A stretch of DNA of 47,462 nt from Alphaproteobacteria bacterium UBA3307 (GTDB lineage Bacteria > Pseudomonadota > Alphaproteobacteria > RF32 > CAG-239): contig DEST01000099.1 in the NCBI GenBank assembly GCA_002361365.1, forward strand, positions 1 through 47,462, in the 5' to 3' direction. Shown here piece by piece: positions 8,569-16,603 of this stretch. Numbering within the stretch: the first letter of the stretch is position 1; each line of letters begins with the position of its first letter. The translations under genes were made by a program, and so were the position numbers. The notes beneath the pieces were generated by a model. It made no database searches and was not told the DNA's origin. It saw nothing but the letters and a program-made list of their open reading frames with translations.

Positions 8569-9815
8569 TATTTCATAAACTCTTTCATTGCCGTGTTTTG
8601 CGCTAAATTATAGACAAGTTGAAAATCTTTGCCGCTTGCTTCAGCCAGTTCTTTAACGCTCTCAAATTCCGGTTGACAACGTACGATGTCTTTATAAGTC
8701 GAAACTTTAACTTCAACTTTACCGAACGGCGTATTAACATTGATTTTTTGCCGTTGCATACACGTCCTGTCCACCGGATATTTGCGCAGACCGATGGTTG
8801 TGGTGTATTTCAAAACCGCATATTCTACCGCATCAAGTTTGTCTGTCGCAACAATCGCTCGCAAAATATAGGCCGGACGGTTTTTCTTCATATAGCACGG
8901 CTCATAATGCACATCATAAGCACCGGCTTCAAAGCATTTTTCCATTGCCAACCCCAGCATTTCCGCCGAGCAATCATCAATATTGCTTTCAACAACATAA
9001 ACCTCATCGTTGTCGACAGTGTCTTCTATTATCATGGTGCGTAAAAAGTTAGCGTGCCCAAAGTCGCGTTTTCCGAGGCCGATGCCGGACTTAAGAATTT
9101 TGTAATTTTTCGGCAGAGAATGTTGCGGATTTAGTGCCGACACAATGGCAATACCGGTTGGCGTCACCATTTCGCCTTTGTTGTCGGTTGAGCGCAGAAC
9201 GATACCGTGTGTTTCGGCAATATTTAAAACTGCCGGCACCGGCACCGGTAATTCGCCGTGCTGACATATAATTGTTCCGCTTCCTTCGCTCAATCCGGTA
9301 ACGATAACTTTATCAATGCCCAAGTCATCAAGCAGCACTGCTGCCGAGATAATGTCGACAATCGAATCAATCGCTCCCACTTCATGAAAATGCACTTCTT
9401 CCACCGGTACACCGTGTGCTTTGGCTTCTGCCTCAGCAACGATAAGAAAGATTTTTTTTGCCAATTCGCGTGATTTATCATTCATTTCCGCGCGCTCAAT
9501 AATCTCGTAAACATCGTGCAAATGACGATGTTCATGATGATGTTCGTGTTCGTGATGATGCCCATGCTCGTGTCCATGACGTTCATGATAATGCTCTTCG
9601 TGTGGCTCGTCATGATGGTGTAAATGCACATCAAAATCAAGTCCTGCTATGCTATAAGAGTTTTTGCGCTCAACATGATAATGAAAGCCGTCTAAGTGCA
9701 AGCTTTCGATGGCTTTATCCAATTTTTCGCGGTTTGCCCCCAAATCCAGCAAAGAAGCGACCGTCATATCGCCGGAAATACCGCAAGCACCTTCAAAGTA
9801 TAAGTATTTAGTCAT
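8568..9815 (-). CDS. larC: NPN cofactor nickel insertase LarC
   Basis: GISGDM, His-rich segment, VHFHEVGAIDSIVDI, HGELPVPVPA, EMVTPTG, ESNIDD, MKKNRP, TTTIGLR, PEFE. Confidence 0.96.
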   Translation of the reverse strand: MTKYLYFEGACGISGDMTVASLLDLGANREKLDKAIESLHLDGFHYHVERKNSYSIAGLDFDVHLHHHDEPHEEHYHERHGHEHGHHHEHEHHHEHRHLHDVYEIIERAEMNDKSRELAKKIFLIVAEAEAKAHGVPVEEVHFHEVGAIDSIVDIISAAVLLDDLGIDKVIVTGLSEGSGTIICQHGELPVPVPAVLNIAETHGIVLRSTDNKGEMVTPTGIAIVSALNPQHSLPKNYKILKSGIGLGKRDFGHANFLRTMIIEDTVDNDEVYVVESNIDDCSAEMLGLAMEKCFEAGAYDVHYEPCYMKKNRPAYILRAIVATDKLDAVEYAVLKYTTTIGLRKYPVDRTCMQRQKINVNTPFGKVEVKVSTYKDIVRCQPEFESVKELAEASGKDFQLVYNLAQNTAMKEFMK

Positions 9816-10491
9816 TGTTTTTTCCTAACAAACGCAAAATTCGGCAGGCCTGAACTGCAGCACCGAAACCATTATCAATGTTGACAACCGAGATTCCTTC
9901 GGCACAGGAGTTAATCATGGTCAGCAGCGGAGCAAGTCCGCCGAAAGATGCCCCATATCCGACCGACGTCGGAACGGCAATCACCGGCGCTTTTACAAGT
10001 CCGGCAATAACGCTTGCCAACGCACCTTCCATACCGGCAACGGCAATAATTACATCAGCCGCACGGATTTCCTCAATTTTTGAAAGCAAACGATGCAAAC
10101 CGGTAATGCCGACATCATATTGCCGGCAGACTTGCGCACCGAAAAATTCCGCAACTTTTGCCGCTTCTTCTGCCACCGGTAAATCGGCAGTGCCGGCGGC
10201 ACAAATTGCTAATTTTCCGCATAATGACGATTTTTGAGATTCGCCGAGTGTCAGAATGTGCGACAGTTCATCATATTGCAAAGGTAAATTGCTGTTTTTA
10301 ACAAACTCATATTGTTCCGGAGAGCAGCGCGTGCCGACTACAGCAATATTTTTTTCTTGAAAAGTTTGCAGAATTTTCAGTAGTTGTTCCTTGGTTTTTC
10401 CGGCGCAATAAATTGTTTCCGGCTGACCGGTTCTTTCTTTGCGACTCAAGTCGAGTTTAGCAAAACCTATATCCGAATAAACGTCAGACAC
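9808..10491 (-). CDS. larB: NPN cofactor carboxylase/hydrolase LarB
   Basis: GTADLPVAEEA, AGMEGAL, PTSVGYG, NSCAEG, VVNIDNGFGAA. Confidence 0.96.
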   Translation of the reverse strand: MSDVYSDIGFAKLDLSRKERTGQPETIYCAGKTKEQLLKILQTFQEKNIAVVGTRCSPEQYEFVKNSNLPLQYDELSHILTLGESQKSSLCGKLAICAAGTADLPVAEEAAKVAEFFGAQVCRQYDVGITGLHRLLSKIEEIRAADVIIAVAGMEGALASVIAGLVKAPVIAVPTSVGYGASFGGLAPLLTMINSCAEGISVVNIDNGFGAAVQACRILRLLGKNND

Positions 10492-10497
10492 TTAATT

Positions 10498-11736
10498 TTA
10501 TCCTTCAAATGTTTGGGCAATTTTAGTCATCCACTCGTTAATCACAATATGCTGCGGACAATGTTTTTCACAAGATTTGCAGTGCACGCATTGCGAGGCC
10601 TTGCCGGAATGAGTAATCAAATTGTTGTAGTATACCCGCTGAACTCTGAAAGGTTTGTCTTTTGAGTCTTGTTTTTCGGCATTATAAAGCGCAAACATAC
10701 TCGGAATATCAATTTTCATCGGGCAATGTTCAACGCAATAGCGGCAAGCCGTACACGGAATGGCAATCGCGGCATGAAGTTCTTTTATTGCTGCCTCAAT
10801 GGTTTTATTCTCCTCTGCGGTCAGCGGTTTGAAATTTTGCATATAGCTTGTGTTGTCTTCTAATTGTTCCATAGTGGTCATACCGCTCAAAACCGTGCGC
10901 ACTCCCGGCAGACTCGCGGCATAACGGATTGCCCACGAAGCAACCGACATATCAGGTTCGGCATCTTTGAAGATTTTTTCGACATTCTCCGGAACTTGTG
11001 CCAAACTGCCGCCTTTAACCGGTTCCATAACTACTACCGGCAAGTTGTATTTCTGCGCCACTTCATAGCATTTGCGCGATTGAATGGTCGGATTGTCCCA
11101 GTCGATATAGTTAATTTGCAACTGCACAAATTCAACCTCCGGATGTTCTTTTAAGATTTTTTCCAACAACTCGGCATTATCGTGGAAAGAAAAACCGATA
11201 TGTCTGATTTTGCCTTCCTTTTTCTTTTCAGCTATGAATTTAAACGGGTCATATTTTTCGACATTCGGCATAGTACCGGCATTAACATTATGAACAAGGT
11301 AATAGTCAAAATATTCAAGACCGGTTTTTTCAAGCTGTTTATTGAATATTTCTTCCATGTTTTCGGCACTTTTCACCATACCGATAGGCATTTTACTGGC
11401 AACGGTAAAGCTATCACGCGGTTTACGTTCAACCACGGCTTTGCGGATGGCAATTTCGCTTTCATAACCCATATACATCCAAGCCGTATCAAAATAAGTA
11501 AAACCGCGCTCCATAAATTTATCGACCATTTTATTTAATAGTTCATAGTCAATCGAAGTTTGGTCGTTCGGGTCTTTCAACGGCAGGCGCATAAATCCGA
11601 AACCGAGTTTGTTATTATTGTTGATTTGTTTTTTTACCGCGTCGGATACGGCAATACTTTCAGCCAATGTCAATTTAGGCAAGGATGCAAGCGCAAAAGC
11701 AGCGAGTGTACTCATTAAAAATTCGCGTCTGTTCAT
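10498..11736 (-). CDS. Tat-exported aldo/keto reductase-fold oxidoreductase with C-terminal 2x[4Fe-4S] domain
   Basis: Twin-arginine signal MNRREFL...TLA; AKR motifs GFGFMRLP, FDTAWMY, SKMP, YYLVH, IGFSFH, MEPVKGG; CTACRYC...CP and CVHCKSCEKHCP. Confidence 0.92.
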   Translation of the reverse strand: MNRREFLMSTLAAFALASLPKLTLAESIAVSDAVKKQINNNNKLGFGFMRLPLKDPNDQTSIDYELLNKMVDKFMERGFTYFDTAWMYMGYESEIAIRKAVVERKPRDSFTVASKMPIGMVKSAENMEEIFNKQLEKTGLEYFDYYLVHNVNAGTMPNVEKYDPFKFIAEKKKEGKIRHIGFSFHDNAELLEKILKEHPEVEFVQLQINYIDWDNPTIQSRKCYEVAQKYNLPVVVMEPVKGGSLAQVPENVEKIFKDAEPDMSVASWAIRYAASLPGVRTVLSGMTTMEQLEDNTSYMQNFKPLTAEENKTIEAAIKELHAAIAIPCTACRYCVEHCPMKIDIPSMFALYNAEKQDSKDKPFRVQRVYYNNLITHSGKASQCVHCKSCEKHCPQHIVINEWMTKIAQTFEG

Positions 11737-11772
11737 AGCAATATTCTCCTATAAAAAATAAAAATCTATTTT

Positions 11773-11803
11773 AGATTAACATTTAGAGGTTACTATAAGT
11801 CAA
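11773..11803 (-). promoter_or_regulatory. MerR-type promoter with 19-bp spacer and dyad operator
   Basis: Minus strand TTGACT-N19-TAATCT, with dyad TTATAG-TAAC-CTCTAA overlapping the -35/spacer. Confidence 0.65.
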
Positions 11804-11811
11804 ATATTTTT

Positions 11812-12516
11812 TTATTTTTTTCCAAAGAATAAACCGATTTCAAACAGTCCGTATGTAGGCAAAGACAGCATAAGCTGGCTTACAATATCAGGCGGCGTAA
11901 GCAAAGCCGAAAGCACTAAAATTCCCAAAAATATATACGGGCGTTTGTGGCGCATAGTTTGGTATGTTACAATATTTGATTTTATCAGCGCATACGTTAT
12001 AAGCGGAAATTGAAACATCAATCCGAACACGATGGAGAGCCAGAGTGCTAACGTAATGAGATTAGAAATCCCAAACAACGGCCGGAGGTTATCGGTTACA
12101 AAACTCATACCGAAACGTATGACAAGCGGCAAAATAAAAAACAAACAGAACAATACCCCAATTATAAACAAGAAACTTGAGCTAAAAACCAGAGATTTTA
12201 TAAAGTACCGTTCGTTTTCATACAATGCCGGCGATACAAAATCCCATACCTGCTTGGCTATATACGGAAAACATATCAAAATATCAAGCACTAAAGCTGT
12301 TTTAAGCTGCAATATAAATACTTCCATCGGGGCATAAAAGTTAAGTGTTAGCGGTGTATTTTGCAACATTACTTTAATCAGTAAATTCATAAAATAAGGG
12401 GCAAACAAAAACATCGGCACCAACATAATTGCCAATGATGCAAAGCATTTAAGCAATGTTGCGCGAAGTGCTTCCAAATGTGAAATCAAAGTTTCTTCTT
12501 GTTCGGTATTTGGCAT
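11812..12516 (-). CDS. tatC: Twin-arginine translocase subunit TatC
   Basis: LISHLEALR, QVWDFVSPALYENER, FGLMFQFP, LTPPDIVSQ, LFEIG. Confidence 0.95.
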   Translation of the reverse strand: MPNTEQEETLISHLEALRATLLKCFASLAIMLVPMFLFAPYFMNLLIKVMLQNTPLTLNFYAPMEVFILQLKTALVLDILICFPYIAKQVWDFVSPALYENERYFIKSLVFSSSFLFIIGVLFCLFFILPLVIRFGMSFVTDNLRPLFGISNLITLALWLSIVFGLMFQFPLITYALIKSNIVTYQTMRHKRPYIFLGILVLSALLTPPDIVSQLMLSLPTYGLFEIGLFFGKK

Positions 12517-12827
12517 TAGGCTTTAGATTTTGCTTGAGTTTTATCGACTTTTTTAGCGGCCGCTTTTTTTACTGCGGTTTTTTTAGCAGTAGCCTTTTTT
12601 GGGGTTGCTGTTTTTGAAGTTGTTGATTTAGCAGTATTTTCAGCTTTTGCCGCCTTAGCAACTTCAGATTTGAACTCGCTGACTTCATTTTCTAAAGTTT
12701 CTTTGGCTTTTTGATATTCTCCCTGAGCTTTTCCCAAGGCACGTGCCAACTCGGGAATGCGTTTTCCGCCGAACAATAAAAGAGCAACAATCAAAATCAG
12801 TATAATTTCAGGTAAACCTAAAGACAT
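12516..12827 (-). CDS. tatA: Twin-arginine translocase subunit TatA/E
   Basis: LGLPEIILILIVALLLFGGKRIPELARALGK; Lys/Ala-rich tail; AGGAGG RBS. Confidence 0.92.
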   Translation of the reverse strand: MSLGLPEIILILIVALLLFGGKRIPELARALGKAQGEYQKAKETLENEVSEFKSEVAKAAKAENTAKSTTSKTATPKKATAKKTAVKKAAAKKVDKTQAKSKA

Positions 12828-12980
12828 ATTTTCCTCCTTTTTTATTTTTCAACGCTAAAGATAATGTAGTTTTTATTTTTTTGCAACTCGAAAAATTCCG
12901 GACGGGTAAAAAATAGCGCTTGCAATGTTAGCTTAAAGCGATTATAAAGGTGACAATTTGAATATTAACGGAGAAAAAAT

Positions 12981-14090
12981 ATGGGATTTAATTGCGGAAT
13001 CGTCGGGTTGCCGAATGTCGGCAAATCAACACTTTTTAATGCGTTAACACAAACAATTGCGGCTCAGGCAGCAAATTTCCCGTTTTGCACGATTGAGCCG
13101 AATACCGGTCGCGTGGCAGTGCCGGATAAACGGCTTGATAAGTTGGTTGAGATGGTTCAGCCGAAAAATGTGGTGCCGACACAGCTTGAGTTTGTGGATA
13201 TTGCCGGTTTGGTTAAAGGCGCGTCAAAAGGGGAAGGCTTAGGTAACCAATTTTTGGCGAACATTCGCGAAACTGACGCAATTATCCATGTTTTACGCTG
13301 TTTTGAAGATGATAACATCACGCACGTTGAAGGCAACGTCAATCCGGTGCGTGATGCTGATATAGTCAAGACCGAACTGATGATTGCCGATTTGGAATCG
13401 CTTGAAAAACGTATTGATAATCTGCGTAAAAAAGCTAAGGCCGGCGACAAAGATGCTGCCGTCAATGTTAGAGTAATCGAGCCTATTATCGAGGCTTTGA
13501 AACAAGGAAAGCCGGCACGCTCGGCGGCTCCGGATGCGGCGGATAAAGAAGCGTATAAATGCTATAAAATGCTGCAATTACTGACTTCTAAGCCGGTTCT
13601 TTATGTGTGCAATGTGGATGAAAGCTCGGCGGCAAAGGGAAATGCGTTTTCTGCTGCGGTGGAAAAAATGGCTCAAGAAGAAGGCGCCGAAAGCGTGGTT
13701 ATCTCCGCCGAAATTGAGTCCGAAGTGGCTCAGCTTGAAAGTGAAGAAGAAAAAACAGAGTTTTTATCGGCTCTGGGGCTGGAAGAAACCGGTTTGGCCA
13801 AGATTATTCACGCCGGATACAATTTGCTCGGTTTACAAACATATTTTACGGCCGGTCCGAAAGAAGTGCGGGCGTGGACGTTTGTTAAGGGAATGAAAGC
13901 ACCGCAATGTGCCGGTATTATTCACTCCGATTTCGAACGCGGATTTATCAGGGCGGAAACGATTTCCTATGACGACTATGTTAAATTTGGCGGTGAACAA
14001 GGGTGCAGAGATGCCGGTAAAATTCGCTCGGAGGGTAAAGAATATCAAGTTCGCGATGGCGATTTGATGAACTTTTTGTTCAACGTATAG
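12981..14090 (+). CDS. ychF: Redox-regulated ribosome-binding ATPase YchF
   Basis: GIVGLPNVGKSTLFN, NFPFCTIEPN, DIAGLVKGASKGEGLGNQFL, IHSDFERGFIRAE. Confidence 0.98.
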   Translation: MGFNCGIVGLPNVGKSTLFNALTQTIAAQAANFPFCTIEPNTGRVAVPDKRLDKLVEMVQPKNVVPTQLEFVDIAGLVKGASKGEGLGNQFLANIRETDAIIHVLRCFEDDNITHVEGNVNPVRDADIVKTELMIADLESLEKRIDNLRKKAKAGDKDAAVNVRVIEPIIEALKQGKPARSAAPDAADKEAYKCYKMLQLLTSKPVLYVCNVDESSAAKGNAFSAAVEKMAQEEGAESVVISAEIESEVAQLESEEEKTEFLSALGLEETGLAKIIHAGYNLLGLQTYFTAGPKEVRAWTFVKGMKAPQCAGIIHSDFERGFIRAETISYDDYVKFGGEQGCRDAGKIRSEGKEYQVRDGDLMNFLFNV

Positions 14091-14114
14091 CAAAAGATGG
14101 ATAGTTTTGATGGC

Positions 14115-14144
14115 AAAAAGAGGCACGAAAATGTGTCTTTTTTT
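14115..14144 (+). terminator. Intrinsic terminator after ychF
   Basis: AGAGGCAC-GAAAAT-GTGTCTTT plus T tract. Confidence 0.65.
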
Positions 14145-14192
14145 GTGTTAAAAATTGTAGAAAATATTTTATGTAAGATTTTTGAAAAAAGA

Positions 14193-14220
14193 TTGACAAA
14201 TTTGTTGCAAATGGTAAAAT
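14193..14220 (+). promoter_or_regulatory. Sigma70-type promoter
   Basis: TTGACA-N16-TAAAAT with extended -10 TG. Confidence 0.6.
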
Positions 14221-14279
14221 GAACTCTACAGACAGAATATTTGATATATTATTTACTTATTTACAAAAACAAATTGCTT

Positions 14280-15152
14280 ATGGAAAAGTATTATTTGCAG
14301 TTTGAATCTGTTTCCAAAACATTTTTTGTGGCAGATTCGGTAATTAATTGCTTTATCAAGAAGGAGGTTATTCCTCAGATTGAGCTTACGGACGAGCAAT
14401 ATCATCGTCTGGGTTGTAAGGCTCCGACGATTTTGGCTCCTGTTGTGGGAATGTTAATGGGGCGTAGCGGTGATTGCTATACTAGTAGGTGGAATGAGGT
14501 TTCGGCTCTGGCTAAGACCGGTGTCAGAATCATCTTTTTAACCTGCCATCACTGCTCGGTTCAACTACAATGGTGCAAGGGGGTGTTGCTTCCTGATGGT
14601 GTGTTTGAAAAGCCAGAACGGTATTATGTAGGTGCAAAAAATTTCGGTGACTTTGCATCTATACAGCAAAAGGCTTATTGCGAGTGTGTTCGTCTGGCTC
14701 TGTATAGTCATTTGCCTATGTTAGGAATCGGCTCCGGAGCACAATTGATTGCCGCAGAGATTGGACTCAAGCTCTATCGTAGTTTTGACTGTGTGGAAAC
14801 TCCGATTGAGCATAATACTCGCAAATCTGAGGCCCATCGTCTGAATGTTTTTGCCAATACGCCCTTGGCGCAGATTTTTGATGGCGATAATCAGTTCTTT
14901 GTGAATTCTCATCATCACGAACTTTTGGCTCCTGTCCGCGTCCAGCGCGAGGAGTGGAGAAAGCATCATTGCACGGGAGAACTTCCGTTGGATATTTATG
15001 CTGAGGCTAATGATGGCACTCCCGAGGCTTGGGGGCTGGAATCCAGACACATTCTATGTGTGCAGTGGAATCCCGAAGATATGGTAGCAATCGGCAATGA
15101 AAAGATGCAACGTATCTATCAATGGCTTGCAGATGAAATCAACAATCGTTAA
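14280..15152 (+). CDS. Peptidase C26/PuuD-like class I glutamine amidotransferase homolog, catalytic residues degenerate
   Basis: PMLGIGSGAQL, VNSHHH, DGTPEA and VQWNPE correspond to family motifs GICRG.Q, VNS.HHQ, DG..EA and VQWHPE; ATG at 14280. Confidence 0.8.
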   Translation: MEKYYLQFESVSKTFFVADSVINCFIKKEVIPQIELTDEQYHRLGCKAPTILAPVVGMLMGRSGDCYTSRWNEVSALAKTGVRIIFLTCHHCSVQLQWCKGVLLPDGVFEKPERYYVGAKNFGDFASIQQKAYCECVRLALYSHLPMLGIGSGAQLIAAEIGLKLYRSFDCVETPIEHNTRKSEAHRLNVFANTPLAQIFDGDNQFFVNSHHHELLAPVRVQREEWRKHHCTGELPLDIYAEANDGTPEAWGLESRHILCVQWNPEDMVAIGNEKMQRIYQWLADEINNR

Positions 15153-15165
15153 AATTTACGCTACT

Positions 15166-15202
15166 AAAAAGCCGTCGGTCATTTATGTCCGTCGGCTTTT
15201 TT
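15166..15202 (+). terminator. Intrinsic terminator
   Basis: AAAAAGCCG...CGGCTTTTT imperfect hairpin. Confidence 0.7.
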
Positions 15203-15283
15203 GCTGACTGATTGATTTTACTCTTTACAAATAAAATAAAATTACGCATTATACTATAAGATTATTATAGTTGGAGATAACAT

Positions 15284-16600
15284 ATGAAAATTTTTCAGTG
15301 TTTGACGATATGGTTTTGTTGTCTTTGTGCCGGTATATGTCTGCTGAGTTAATCCGTGTGCGTGGCGGAGGATTATGTAAACACAAATACTCCGCAAACG
15401 GATATTGGCGAGCCGATATTTAAAGAAGAATTGTTGAGCGCAGTTGAACATTGTGATTTCTTTCACGAAGATTTTACGTCACATAGTACAAGTTTGCAAA
15501 AAATGTTTGATAATAATTTCGAAAATATGGATTTTGTTGCTTCTTTAGATGTTTGGGGATTGCAAAATGATTTGTGCCGAATGTTAGTGCAATATGGCCA
15601 TACTGAACCGGATAATATGTACGATTGCCTATTAAATACTGAACAACGTAAAGAGTTGGTGGACGCATTGAAAGACCCAAATCAGCAGCCAATTACGGAA
15701 ACATTTATATCGTCTCAGCAAAAAATTACAGATGAAAACGGTAATGTAAAAATTATATCCACACAAAATACATTGACCGGCAAAAAAATGATGGTAAAAT
15801 TGCTGAAAATGCGCCAACTGGGGTGTCAGATGAAGGTATTTCCGCTTTCTGCGGAAGAACAGGCCGAAATTCATGTTCGTGCGCGAATGTTACCACAGGA
15901 TTTTGTTGCGTCTTTGCTTAATTGCAAACCACAAACAGCTAGATATCATAAATCTTTTAATGAAGAAAATATAGAAATCACCGGTTGGAATGAAGATAGA
16001 TGTCATTTGGTGTATAAGCATTTTGATTTGTATGTGCCGCAAAATATGTTGGCAAACTTGCAAACATTTGATGATATTGAAGATTTAATAGTAAATCAAG
16101 ATGTTGCACAATACAATTCTTCTAAAGGATACAGATATGACGGAGTTTTGTTTGCTTTAGCAGCGTGTGCGCAATCTCCGCAACTACGTACACGCCGTAT
16201 AGTAAATATAGATTATGGGCATAATACTGAGGTTATTTCCGGTTGGAATTCTGCTTTTTATGAAGATTCTTGCCGATTGGAATTGGAAAATGTTTTGCGT
16301 ATGCAAGATAATGTAACGGACTACGGTATTGTTTGTAATATTCCTGAAGATGAGCTTGAAACTATGATTGAGCCTTATGTCAGCTTGCTCGAAAAAGAAA
16401 ATCAGGAACAAAAAAGTGCAAATCAAGAAGATGCAGATGATGACTTTGAAGATGTTAAAGAAACTGATGATAAAATCGATTGGCAAAATATGGAAACAAC
16501 CGAACAAACAAAACAATTTGATTTGCAGTTGATTGATATATTACGAGCAAATGAGTATTGTCGTCTGAAAAATTTATCGGCAGAAATAATTGAGGAGTGA
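15284..16600 (+). pseudogene. Secreted Cys-containing hypothetical protein with an in-frame TAA in its signal peptide
   Basis: GGAG RBS then ATG 15284 in frame with ORF 15356..16600; reads MKIFQCLTIWFCCLCAGICLLS*SVCVAEDY, with TAA at 15350-15352. Confidence 0.6.
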
Positions 16601-16603
16601 CAA

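Noticed and set aside
9520-9625. His-codon microrepeat in larC as a separate repeat element
   Set aside because: Normal His-rich nickel-binding segment of LarC.
15350-15352. Alternative genetic code or stop recoding
   Set aside because: Single case; TAA terminates many conserved genes in the window normally.
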